The notes under the pieces were generated by a model. It saw only the letters and a list, made by a program, of their open reading frames with translations, did no database searches and was not told where the DNA came from. The position numbers were made by a program, and so were the translations under genes. A stretch of 16,713 nt of DNA, taken from positions 1 through 16,713 of the forward strand of contig JAYZBQ010000036.1 in NCBI GenBank assembly GCA_036338695.1, read 5' to 3'. Below, piece by piece: positions 6,842-15,754 of this stretch. The stretch is from Myxococcota bacterium (lineage in GTDB: Bacteria; Myxococcota; UBA4151). The first letter of the stretch is position 1, and each line of letters opens with the position of its first letter.

Positions 6842-7650
6842 TGACGCGCCTCGCCCTGGCTGGGCTGGCGCTGTCGTTGGCTGCTTGTGGCGGGCACGCC
6901 AAGCGTCAGCGTATGGCCGAGATCAAGCAGGATCTCGGCGCCGCGCTGATCGAAAAGCAACAGTACCGACAGGCTCTCGTCGAGCTTCGTAAGTCGATCG
7001 AGCTCGATGGCGACAACGCACGCACGCACTATCACCTCGGTTATGTCTATCTCTATGGCTTCAAGAAGCCGAAAGAGGCGGAGGCGGCCCTCCGGCAGGC
7101 GCTGAAGGTATCGGACGAGGTCTACAGCGAGGCGCACAACCTGCTCGGGTTGGTGCTTAATGAGCAGAAGCGCTACGACGAAGCGGTGGTACAGTTTGAG
7201 CAAGCGCTGACGAACATCTTGTACACGACGCCGCAGTTCGCCGAGCAGAACCTAGCCCAGACGCTGATTCTCCAGGGAAAGGTCGAAGAGGGGGTGCGGC
7301 GGCTCAAGCGATTGCTTCGGCGTGTGCCGAACCTCTGCGGCGCCTACATCTCCTTGCTAAGGGTCGGTCTGGAACGCGGCGACTCCGCGATGTTGGCTGC
7401 CTACGACCCGCCCTTTATGAAAATGTGCGTCCGGCCCGAGGAGATCGCTTCCCGTATTGACCCGCTGGTCTTGCGTAGCGCGTACCGGCGGGCCGTCGCT
7501 CGCTGTCAGCGGCGTCAGGACGAGCAGTGTGCGTTTGAGCTCGCGACCGAGTGCACCAAGCGAGTCGCTCGCACCGTGGGGGACTCTGGACCGCCGTGCC
7601 CGTCCGCCAAAGCCCCAAAGCCGAGCGCAGGTTTTGGTGGCTCAGACTGA
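6841..7650 (+). CDS. tgl: TPR lipoprotein, type IV pilus secretin pilotin Tgl (PilF/PilW family)
   Basis: Lipobox LAA-C and consecutive TPRs. TNILYTTPQFAEQNLA and PNLCGAY match my recollection of Myxococcus Tgl (NDMLYPTPFIAQGNLG, PNFCLGY); Cys-rich C-terminal half. ATG at 6841 overlaps the upstream TGA; GTG 6838 is an alternative start. Confidence 0.82.
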   Translation: MTRLALAGLALSLAACGGHAKRQRMAEIKQDLGAALIEKQQYRQALVELRKSIELDGDNARTHYHLGYVYLYGFKKPKEAEAALRQALKVSDEVYSEAHNLLGLVLNEQKRYDEAVVQFEQALTNILYTTPQFAEQNLAQTLILQGKVEEGVRRLKRLLRRVPNLCGAYISLLRVGLERGDSAMLAAYDPPFMKMCVRPEEIASRIDPLVLRSAYRRAVARCQRRQDEQCAFELATECTKRVARTVGDSGPPCPSAKAPKPSAGFGGSD

Positions 7651-8362
7651 CACGCAGGAGGCGATCCGGGCGGTCGTCCTGGGGCGTGTTCCTTATGGCG
7701 ATCACGACCTGATCCTACCGGTTTTGAGCGCAGATGTCGGTCGATTCAGCGTCTACGCTCGCCGGCCTCGCAGCAAATCGAAGGGCTGGCACGCGCTGCT
7801 TGTGCCAGGGAACACCCTCGATTTGAGGCTCTCGGCGCGGCGGCGCGGAGAGCTCTTTACGTTGAGTCAAGTGGACTTGGTGGCGGATCGAAGCGGGGCG
7901 ATGAGCGACCCGCTTGCGTTGGCGCGGGCGGCTTATCTTCTCGAGCTGGTCAGCGTCTCGACCCGAGATGGGATCGTTGCGCCCTCACTGGCGCACGCGC
8001 TCGAGTGCGCGTTGGACGCGCTCGGGGAGCCTCAGACCAGTCGCTGGATGGAGCTTCAGACCCTGCGCCACCTAGGGGTGGAGCCGGATCCAGACGCCTG
8101 CAGCCGCTGCGGCGCGAGCCTCAGTGAGGGCGCTGCGCTGGACCCGCACGGTCAAGGTCTCAACTGCCGCACCTGTGCGCCCCGTGGTCGCCACTACAGC
8201 CGCCCGGTGCTCGAGCGCCTGCGGGATCTCGCTGAGACCGTCGTACCGCTCGGCGGTCACAGCGACCATGATCTCGGCGTCCTGCTCGGTCGGGCGCTGC
8301 GGCTTCAGGTCGGCGTTTTGAAGTCGGCTGCGGTGGCGGCGGCCTTGCGATCGAGCCGCTAG
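7637..8362 (+). CDS. recO: DNA repair protein RecO (zinc-finger type)
   Basis: Start reassigned to GTG 7637 (TTG 7634 possible). AVVLGRVPYGDHDLILPVLSADVGRFSVYAR is the RecO OB-fold start; also AAYLLELV and the CSRC...CRTC zinc finger. Confidence 0.9.
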   Translation: MAQTDTQEAIRAVVLGRVPYGDHDLILPVLSADVGRFSVYARRPRSKSKGWHALLVPGNTLDLRLSARRRGELFTLSQVDLVADRSGAMSDPLALARAAYLLELVSVSTRDGIVAPSLAHALECALDALGEPQTSRWMELQTLRHLGVEPDPDACSRCGASLSEGAALDPHGQGLNCRTCAPRGRHYSRPVLERLRDLAETVVPLGGHSDHDLGVLLGRALRLQVGVLKSAAVAAALRSSR

Positions 8363-9138
8363 CGGCCGCGAACCTGCTGGCGGGGCGTCTTCATCGCTTC
8401 CAGTCGGAACATATACCACTGCTGACCATAGCCGGTCATGTTCATTCGCTTCCCGTTGCGGACGGCGTCGAGGTTGCGCGCCAGGTTGTCGTCCTTTTTG
8501 TCCATGGCGTCGTGCCCACGATTGAGCACCTCGAGGGCGTCGGCGCGACGGTCCTCGGATTTCCGACCATCTTTCGCGTTGAGCAAGCACCAAGCGTAGC
8601 AGGCGTAGAGTAGACCCTGCTTCTTCTTATTAAAGCGGATGCACTCGTCAAATGCGTCTCGCATGGCGCTGAAGTTGCCCTCTTTGTACAGCAAGACGCC
8701 GAGCATCGCCCGCGTGGTCCACTGACGCACAAACCCGGTTTTGAGATACGGTTTAGCCTCGGTGTAGCGCTCGGACATGAACAACAGGTTACCGATCTGC
8801 GCGTCGAGCTGCGAGCGCACGCCCCACTGCCACTGACCGATGTCATAGCCTTTCCGGAGCTCGGCGATCGACTGGTCGATCGCTCGGCTGATCGACTGCT
8901 TGGCGGCGCGCGGGTTGCGCGCTTGTCCGCGGCTCTGTCGCTCCGCCGCCGTCATGATCTGCCCCACGCGGGCGCTGATCACTTCGACCTTCTTGATCGA
9001 GCGTCGCAGGAGGATGAAGTAGCCGCCGAGGAGGACCAGCAGCGCGGGGATGATGCCGTAGGTCCAACCACCCAAGCCAACCCCCGCCAGGATGCCGATG
9101 AGCGTCGCTGCGCCTGTCGCGATGAGAAAGTTGTACAC
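8359..9138 (-). CDS. Hypothetical membrane protein with two N-terminal TM helices and TPR-like helical domain (~259 aa)
   Basis: Start reassigned to GTG 9138 (MYNFLIATG...), with GAGG upstream. Two hydrophobic segments, then TPR-like AQIGNLLF..., AMLGVLLYKEGNF..., LYACYAWCLL. Stop overlaps the recO stop (CTAG). Confidence 0.82.
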   Translation of the reverse strand: MYNFLIATGAATLIGILAGVGLGGWTYGIIPALLVLLGGYFILLRRSIKKVEVISARVGQIMTAAERQSRGQARNPRAAKQSISRAIDQSIAELRKGYDIGQWQWGVRSQLDAQIGNLLFMSERYTEAKPYLKTGFVRQWTTRAMLGVLLYKEGNFSAMRDAFDECIRFNKKKQGLLYACYAWCLLNAKDGRKSEDRRADALEVLNRGHDAMDKKDDNLARNLDAVRNGKRMNMTGYGQQWYMFRLEAMKTPRQQVRGR

Positions 9139-9166
9139 GTTGGTTCTCGCCCTCAATTTCAGCGGA

Positions 9167-9195
9167 GCCTTAGAGCCGTAGCGGCGAGCGTTCAA
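9167..9195 (-). promoter_or_regulatory. Putative sigma70 promoter for the TPR-like membrane protein
   Basis: Minus strand TTGAAC (9195-9190), 17 nt, TAAGGC (9172-9167). The ORF track's TTG 'start' at 9195 coincides with this -35. Confidence 0.45.
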
Positions 9196-9286
9196 GCGCT
9201 AAGCGGCATCAGCCGCACACGCAAGGTATGAGCGGGCTTGACCAACGGCCCCTTTCACCATTTAGGGAAGATGTCGTCGTGAGGTC

Positions 9287-12200
9287 GTGTCCGTGCTCGA
9301 GTTGCCGCGCTCCATCGGAGATTGGACTGTTCATCGCCGCCTAGGATCGGGCGGTATGGGTGTGGTCTTCGAGGTGAGCCGAGGCGACGGCCCACGCCGC
9401 GCCCTCAAGCTCATGAACATCGTCGACACCGAGAGTAAGGTCCGCTTTGAGCGCGAGTTTCGTGCGCTGAAGCGGCTCAAGCATGACAACGTGGTCGAGG
9501 TGTTCGAGGCGGGGCAACATGAGGGGCGTCCGTACTTTACGATGCAGCTGGTCGACGGGGTGCCGCTCGACGTCTTCGTGGGCGCTGCCTCGGGGGGCGC
9601 GGATCAAGCCACGCAAGAGAGCCCACGCGAACTCAACGAGTTTAGCTTGGTGCACGACCGCCCCGACGAGTTCGGCGTCTGGGGCGAGCAGGCTCCAGCC
9701 GAGCAAGTCGAGCCGCTCGCCGAGGTCGAGCAGGCGCTGATCAACGCGCCGGAGCGCCTCAAGCGTGTGCAGAAGGCTTTTGTGCAGATCCTCCGAGCGC
9801 TTGCGCACATCCACGATCACCGGATCATTCACCGTGACCTCAAGCCCGCCAACGTCATGGTCACGAGCGACGGTGACGTCCTCTTGATGGACTTTGGTAT
9901 TGCGGTGGACAGCGAAGAGGATCACGCCGTGGTCGACACCGGGCAGCTGGTGGGGACCTTTGCCTACATGAGCCCAGAGCAGCTGCGCGCCACGGATACG
10001 GACCTCCGCAGCGACCTTTACGCCCTCGGGGTGATGCTGTTTGAGCTCCTGTCGGGGCGGCGGCCATTTGAAGCCGACTCCCCGGCGGCTGCCATCTACC
10101 AGCACGTGTTTCAGCTGCCCCCTGACCTGGGTACCTTGAACCCCGGCGCGCCGGATGAGCTGGTCAAGTTGACGATGCAGCTGCTGAGCAAGGCGCGCGG
10201 CGATCGCCCCGCCTCGGCGTGGGATGTGCTGTTTCGTTTTGGGGAGGAGCCCAATCGACTTCGGGCGATCAATGTGTTTCGCCCAGACCTCATCGGCCGG
10301 GCTGACGAACTCAAGACTCTAACTGGTGAGCTTGAGCTGGTCAGCCAGCGTCAGTTCCGGGCAGCTCATTTGGTGATCGGTCCGGCGGGTGTCGGTAAGT
10401 CCCGTTTACTCGAGGAGCTGTGGGAGCGCGCGCGCGGCCACGGGTTCCGCATCGTTCGTTTGAGCGCGCCTGAGCCGCTTGAAGCCCCCTACAGTTACCT
10501 CAACCCGCTCCTCGAGCTGGTCCTCGAGATCGCCCGAGAGCAACCCCTGCTCGGGCGGCGGCTCCTGCGCGACGACGCCGCCGTGGTGGCACGCATCGCC
10601 CCGCGCCTGACGGAGCTCGACCTGCTCGAGATCACCCAAGCCGAGGCGCTGCCACCAACCGAGGAGCGCCGCCGCGCCAAGCAGGTTTTGTGGCGCGTGA
10701 TCCATCGGCTGAGCCGGCAAGAGCCTCTCATGTTCATCTGCGATGACCTTGAGAAGTCGGATCTGTTGTCCTTGGACGTCTTGCATCACGTCTCGGATCA
10801 GCTCGCCAGCGCCGCAGCGGGCGGTGAGCCGGACCTGAAACCCGGTAGCTTGATGTTGGTGGGGGCGTGGCGAGAGGGCGAGCGCGCCGACCTCCTGGCG
10901 CAGCAACAGAGCGTCCAACGGATCACGCTGGGTCCGTTCGATGACGACGAGTTACGCCAGCTGGTCACAGCGTGTCTTGGCAGCGCGCCCGGTAACACGG
11001 TGATGCAGCACATGCGCGAGAGCACCCAAGGCGTCCCGTTGGTTTGCATCGAGATGCTCCGTGCGCTGGCGGAGCACTATGCGCTTGAGCGGCACGGTGT
11101 CGGCACCTGGGAGCTCAAAGACGACCTCGAGTCGACCTCGGTGTTTGGTGGGGACGGACAAGATAAGCCGCTCGATGGCTTGGTCGAGAAGCTCTTCGAG
11201 AGCTTACCAGAGGCGGCAGGGCAGGTGCTCGGCGCGGCCGCGCTCAACCGGCGTCGGTTCCGGCTCTCGCAGATCGGGTCGCTGCTCGAGGCGGTCGGGA
11301 TCGACCTGTCGGAGGATCAACGGCTCGACGCGATCGATCATTTGGTGCGGCATGGCATGTTGGTGGAAGCCATGCGCCAGCGCGATGGCTACCACGTGGC
11401 CTACAGCAACTTGGCTCGCCACGCTCGGCGACGCTTGAGCGATGAACAGTATCGGCTGGGTCACGCTCACCTCGCTACGGCGTGCGCTCAGGAGCGAGAG
11501 CTCAACATCGATGAGCTCTTATTCCATGCGATCCGTGGGCATCAAGATGAGCTGACGCTTGAATATCTACCGGATCAAGCTCTGCTTTTCGCTGAGCTCG
11601 GTGACGCCGGCGCGGCGGTCTCGGCGTATGAGGCGTGGCTCGATGTGTACACGCGCCGCACCGAACCAGCCCCCGTGGAGGCTGCGTCGGGTTATTCGCT
11701 GGCGTTGCGCAACGTAGGGCGCCCGGATGAGGCTGAGCGCGTGGTCGTTGAGGCGCTCAAGCGTGACGGTTTATCGCTCGAACAGGACACCGAGCTCCAG
11801 ATGCGCTACATGAGCCTGCTGGGCGATCGCGGCGAGGGTGAGGAGGCGCTGCGTCGCGCCGAGGTGCTCGATGCGCGCCTTGAGCGCATTGGGGCGCTGT
11901 TAGCTGCTCGCCTTCAACAGGCGCGCACGAGCATCCTGCAGCGATTCGGTGACGCCGAGCAGGCGCGCCAAGCGGCGCATGACTCGGTGCGCCGGATGGA
12001 CGAGATGGAGGTCGAGCGCGGGCGCGCCAAAGCCTTGCAGTTGGTCGCGCTCACCGAGGAGCGGTGCGGTAACCTCAAGCAAGCGCTCGTCTCTTTTGAT
12101 GAGGCGATCGCGGCGGCTCGAGCGGTCGGTGATGAGTTTAATCTCATGGTCTCCTTGGTCAACGTCACGGGGACGCGGTTGCGGTCAGGTGATCTCGATG

Positions 12201-12766
12201 GCGCCGAGCGGATCGGCCTCGAGGCGCTTGAGACGGCTCAGCGCCTGAACGTCTCTCGAGCCGAGGTGATCGCTCGCGCCAACCTCGAGTGGATTGCGCT
12301 CGAGCGCGCCCCGTCGGCGGCGCTGGTGGATCGGCTCGAGCGAATGCTTCAGGTGCTTTCGGAGAGCGGGAACGGTTTCGCCGAGCCCGAGGTTCGGTTC
12401 CATCGGGCGCGCTGTTTGACGATCCTCGGTCGGCGAGAGGAGGCGCTTGCGGACGCAGAGATTGGCGCTGAACTTGCGAAGCGCAGCCGCCTTGAGCGGG
12501 ATCATTTGCTGTGCAAGGCGCTCGAGGCGCGCTTGATCGGCGATCTCGAGGGGTTCGACGAAATTATTGGTGGTCTTGAAGAGCTTAAAGCCAGCGATGA
12601 AGCCTTGTTGGCGCGCGAGTTCTTTGGTCAAGCTCTTGAAGAATCGGGTGATCCTGAGCGTGCACGGGTTGTGTGGATGCAGGCTCTAGAATCCGCCGTG
12701 GATCAAGGGTACGGAACAGCGGCCGGGCGTCTTCGTATTTTACTCGATGAGGTGGGGGGGCAATGA
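9287..12766 (+). CDS. Hanks-type Ser/Thr kinase fused to STAND-class (AAA_16-like) NTPase and C-terminal TPR-like repeats
   Basis: Kinase motifs LGSGGMGVV, ALK, HRDLKPANV, DFG, GTFAYMSPE, DLYALG. NTPase LIGRADEL, Walker A GPAGVGKS (10379-10402), Walker B LMFICDD, GxP (TQGVPL). Helical TPR-like C-terminal third; no TM seen. Confidence 0.92.
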   Translation: MSVLELPRSIGDWTVHRRLGSGGMGVVFEVSRGDGPRRALKLMNIVDTESKVRFEREFRALKRLKHDNVVEVFEAGQHEGRPYFTMQLVDGVPLDVFVGAASGGADQATQESPRELNEFSLVHDRPDEFGVWGEQAPAEQVEPLAEVEQALINAPERLKRVQKAFVQILRALAHIHDHRIIHRDLKPANVMVTSDGDVLLMDFGIAVDSEEDHAVVDTGQLVGTFAYMSPEQLRATDTDLRSDLYALGVMLFELLSGRRPFEADSPAAAIYQHVFQLPPDLGTLNPGAPDELVKLTMQLLSKARGDRPASAWDVLFRFGEEPNRLRAINVFRPDLIGRADELKTLTGELELVSQRQFRAAHLVIGPAGVGKSRLLEELWERARGHGFRIVRLSAPEPLEAPYSYLNPLLELVLEIAREQPLLGRRLLRDDAAVVARIAPRLTELDLLEITQAEALPPTEERRRAKQVLWRVIHRLSRQEPLMFICDDLEKSDLLSLDVLHHVSDQLASAAAGGEPDLKPGSLMLVGAWREGERADLLAQQQSVQRITLGPFDDDELRQLVTACLGSAPGNTVMQHMRESTQGVPLVCIEMLRALAEHYALERHGVGTWELKDDLESTSVFGGDGQDKPLDGLVEKLFESLPEAAGQVLGAAALNRRRFRLSQIGSLLEAVGIDLSEDQRLDAIDHLVRHGMLVEAMRQRDGYHVAYSNLARHARRRLSDEQYRLGHAHLATACAQERELNIDELLFHAIRGHQDELTLEYLPDQALLFAELGDAGAAVSAYEAWLDVYTRRTEPAPVEAASGYSLALRNVGRPDEAERVVVEALKRDGLSLEQDTELQMRYMSLLGDRGEGEEALRRAEVLDARLERIGALLAARLQQARTSILQRFGDAEQARQAAHDSVRRMDEMEVERGRAKALQLVALTEERCGNLKQALVSFDEAIAAARAVGDEFNLMVSLVNVTGTRLRSGDLDGAERIGLEALETAQRLNVSRAEVIARANLEWIALERAPSAALVDRLERMLQVLSESGNGFAEPEVRFHRARCLTILGRREEALADAEIGAELAKRSRLERDHLLCKALEARLIGDLEGFDEIIGGLEELKASDEALLAREFFGQALEESGDPERARVVWMQALESAVDQGYGTAAGRLRILLDEVGGQ

Positions 12767-14592
12767 TTCAGTCGCGCAGTTGCCCAAGTTGTTTGCGGCG
12801 CGTGGAGGTCAGCCAGTTCAAGCTCGGCGACCGCGTGCGATGCCCCTATTGCAAGTCCGAGTTTCAGATTCAGCCGCAGATGCGCGGCGCGCCGGTCGCC
12901 AACGGCGACGCAGACCAGCGCCATCGCCAGACCAACCCCCGACCACGGCTTCCCAAGACAGGGAGCATGGAGCGTCTTCAGGTCGAGGGTTACGAGCGCT
13001 TCGAAGAGGTCGGTAAAGGGGCGATGGGGAAGGTCTACAAAGCCTACCAGTCCAAGCTGCGCCGAAAAGTGGCGCTGAAGGTGCTGGCCTTGGAGCACGC
13101 CGACAAGTCCGGTTTCGTGGACCGGTTCCGTCGCGAGGCGGCGACGGGCGCACGCATCACGCACCGCAACGTCGTGCGGGTGTACGACATCCTCACCGGC
13201 AAGTCGTACGACCGGGAGGGCGTCAGCACCGAAGTGCACGTGATCTCCATGGAGTTCGTCGACGGACCGCACCTACGCCAGCTGAACCAGAGCGAGGTGC
13301 GTGGGAACCTGCCCAAGGCGCTCGATTATTTCCGGCAGATCTGCTCCGGGGTCGCCGCCGCACACGAGCAGGGTGTCGTGCATCGTGACCTCAAGCCTGA
13401 GAACATCATGCTCGATCGTGAGACCAACGTCCTCAAGGTCGCTGACTTCGGCCTTGCGTACTTCGTCGATCGAGATGAGCGAGACGCCGTCTGGGACACC
13501 AAAACGCGCATGACCATGGGGACGGTGGCTTACATGCCGCCGGAACAAGGGCGTGACGCCAAGCGAGTGGTCGAGTCGGGTGACGTCTACTCCTTGGGCA
13601 GAATGCTGTATGAGATGATCACGGGGTCGCTCCCGGACGGCTCGTTCTCGGCTGCCTCGACGATCGTGCGTGAGCTCCCGGAGAGCATGGATCGCTTGAT
13701 CGAGAAGTGCCTGGAGCCCAAGCCTGAGCGCCGCTATCAGAGCGCCGGCGAGCTGCTCGAAGCGTTCGACGCCTGCACCGCAGAGCTCGAGAAGCCCGAG
13801 GACGATGAGCCGGTGGCTGAAGAGGTGCCGGAGGTTCCACAAGATGAGCCGGAGATCCCTCAGCGACGCGTCGAGGCGGTCCAGCAGGTAGCCCCCGTGT
13901 TGCGGCCGCCGGCCGGCCCTATCCCCTTGCTGCAGCGTTATCCGCTGTGGGCTGTGGTGGGTCTTCCGTTGCTCGCAGGGCTCGTCTTAGGGGCTTGGCT
14001 CTTTGGCGCCAGCGCGCCCGAGGCAACGGAAGGGGTCTGGCTGCTCGATGGAGCCCACGAGCGCAGCATTGCGCCGCATACCGTGCTCGACGGTTACCCA
14101 GAGGCGACCGGCGGCTTATGGCGACGTAAAGAGCGTTATCTGGACCACCCGGGCGCCGCAGGTGCCGCCACGGTCGCACAGTCGAGCCCTGCGCTGGCGC
14201 TCGGTGATGAGCTCGGTGTCGGCGCGCTGGAGATCGAGCGGCGCTTGGAGTGGGAGGCCGAGGGCGACGCGGCGTTGCGGGCCACCAAGCTGGGCTCGGT
14301 GGAGCGTTGGGTGGCGGTCGGCTTTGAGACCGAAACCGGCCGGAGCTGGGTTGGGATCGACGCCGCAGGCGACTGTTATGTCAGCGAGGCGGGGGTCAGG
14401 CGCCCCTGCGGCATCGGGCGGCAGGTGGTGTCACCGGCTCGAATTCAACTTCGCGAAGTCAACGGGAAGGTGCGCGTCACGATCGACAACACGGACAACC
14501 TCCCTGAGTCACTCAATGCGCCCACAGGGGCCGCCCGGTTGCTGGTTTTGTGTCAGAATCAGTTCTGCCGATTTGACCCGAAGAGACGCTAG
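12763..14592 (+). CDS. Membrane Ser/Thr kinase with N-terminal zinc ribbon and C-terminal extracytoplasmic beta domain
   Basis: CPSC...CPYC N-terminus; VGKGAMGKVY, VALK, HRDLKPENI, DFG, GTVAYMPPE, DVYSLG; acidic/Pro linker; TM (LWAVVGLPLLAGLVLGAWLFGA). ATGA overlap with the upstream kinase. Confidence 0.92.
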   Translation: MIQSRSCPSCLRRVEVSQFKLGDRVRCPYCKSEFQIQPQMRGAPVANGDADQRHRQTNPRPRLPKTGSMERLQVEGYERFEEVGKGAMGKVYKAYQSKLRRKVALKVLALEHADKSGFVDRFRREAATGARITHRNVVRVYDILTGKSYDREGVSTEVHVISMEFVDGPHLRQLNQSEVRGNLPKALDYFRQICSGVAAAHEQGVVHRDLKPENIMLDRETNVLKVADFGLAYFVDRDERDAVWDTKTRMTMGTVAYMPPEQGRDAKRVVESGDVYSLGRMLYEMITGSLPDGSFSAASTIVRELPESMDRLIEKCLEPKPERRYQSAGELLEAFDACTAELEKPEDDEPVAEEVPEVPQDEPEIPQRRVEAVQQVAPVLRPPAGPIPLLQRYPLWAVVGLPLLAGLVLGAWLFGASAPEATEGVWLLDGAHERSIAPHTVLDGYPEATGGLWRRKERYLDHPGAAGAATVAQSSPALALGDELGVGALEIERRLEWEAEGDAALRATKLGSVERWVAVGFETETGRSWVGIDAAGDCYVSEAGVRRPCGIGRQVVSPARIQLREVNGKVRVTIDNTDNLPESLNAPTGAARLLVLCQNQFCRFDPKRR

Positions 14593-14693
14593 GTTTTTCG
14601 GGCAGACGGTGAATGCTCGGCAGGGTTTGAGCGTCGGCGGTTAGGATTGCCGGCCGCGTACAACTGTGCCACACGCGGCCCCAGGAGGTCGCT

Positions 14694-15752
14694 ATGGGTT
14701 ACAAATCCCTCCTCATTGCGCTGGGCGTTGGTCTCGCCGCCCCGTCGGCGCTCGCCACCCCGCTCGATTCGCTCTTTAGCGATGAGTCGGTTGAGGTCCG
14801 CGCCGATGAGCGCCTGTTCACCCTGATGCTGCTGATGAATGGAATGGGCTGGTCCGAGGCTGCGGACTATGGTCCCGCGCCGCTCAAGACGCCGCAGTAC
14901 AAAGGGCTTCGTAAGGATCTAATCGAGAAGCTACGCACCTACCGTGAGCGCTACCTTCCAAACGCAGTCTTGAATCGTGCGCAGCGGTTCGTGACAGAGC
15001 ACCCCGGCTCGCTCAAAGACTACATTGAGGCGTGCTTGCACATGGCGCGCGCCCCCGACTTCACGTTTCAAAAGACGCTCCCCAAGACGCTCACGAAGCT
15101 CAAAGGGCTCGACGAGCTCTTGCGCGCCGCATGGAAGGGCGCCCGGGTTGGTGTGCTGATGGGGCGTTACCAAGAGGGTTTGGTCGAGGGGCAGCAGAAG
15201 TTGCTGTCTCAGATCGATCAGCGAACCAAGCCGTTGGTGCGGATGCTCAAGGCGAAGGCCGAGGTGGCTAAGGCGAGCGCCCCAGCCGCTAGCGATGGGG
15301 ACGATATGGGTGACCTGTTCGGCGGCGATGATGACGACTCGGGCGATGAGGGCACGGCGACGGCTGACGACGCGACCGCTGAGCTTGAATCGGTGGCGGT
15401 GACGCTCGCCCCGCTGTGGGTGCACGGCGAGGCGCTCTCCGTTCAATACGCCGATCGGTTCGAGCTCGTGTTTGGCGGCGCGCGGGGTGACGGCACTGCG
15501 GTAGCACACGCTGTGGCCTTGGTCCGTCTGCGAGCCGCTGCCGGGCTTGCGCGTAAACCGGTCACTGAGGCGCAGCAGCGCGCTGCCTGGGGTCTGGTTG
15601 CCGCCGCCACCGGTCGGCAGGGTCCGGACACGCTGGCGCCCTATCCCGCTTGCACGCAGGCGATCGCCGAATGGCGCCAGACCAAAGCGCCCCTGACCGA
15701 GGGAAGCCAAGCGGCGGACTTGCTGAAAACCTGCGAAGCGAAAGGGAAGTGA
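14694..15752 (+). CDS. Secreted hypothetical protein, 352 aa
   Basis: AGGAGG RBS; Sec signal MGYKSLLIALGVGLAAPSALA; helical body with an internal acidic low-complexity loop; ends 2 nt before guaB. Confidence 0.82.
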   Translation: MGYKSLLIALGVGLAAPSALATPLDSLFSDESVEVRADERLFTLMLLMNGMGWSEAADYGPAPLKTPQYKGLRKDLIEKLRTYRERYLPNAVLNRAQRFVTEHPGSLKDYIEACLHMARAPDFTFQKTLPKTLTKLKGLDELLRAAWKGARVGVLMGRYQEGLVEGQQKLLSQIDQRTKPLVRMLKAKAEVAKASAPAASDGDDMGDLFGGDDDDSGDEGTATADDATAELESVAVTLAPLWVHGEALSVQYADRFELVFGGARGDGTAVAHAVALVRLRAAAGLARKPVTEAQQRAAWGLVAAATGRQGPDTLAPYPACTQAIAEWRQTKAPLTEGSQAADLLKTCEAKGK

Positions 15753-15754
15753 CG

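Noticed and set aside
14593..14693. Purine riboswitch or sigma54 promoter upstream of the guaB unit
   Set aside because: No purine-aptamer core motifs; the minus-strand TGGCAC lacks a correctly spaced -12 GC and points away from the gene.
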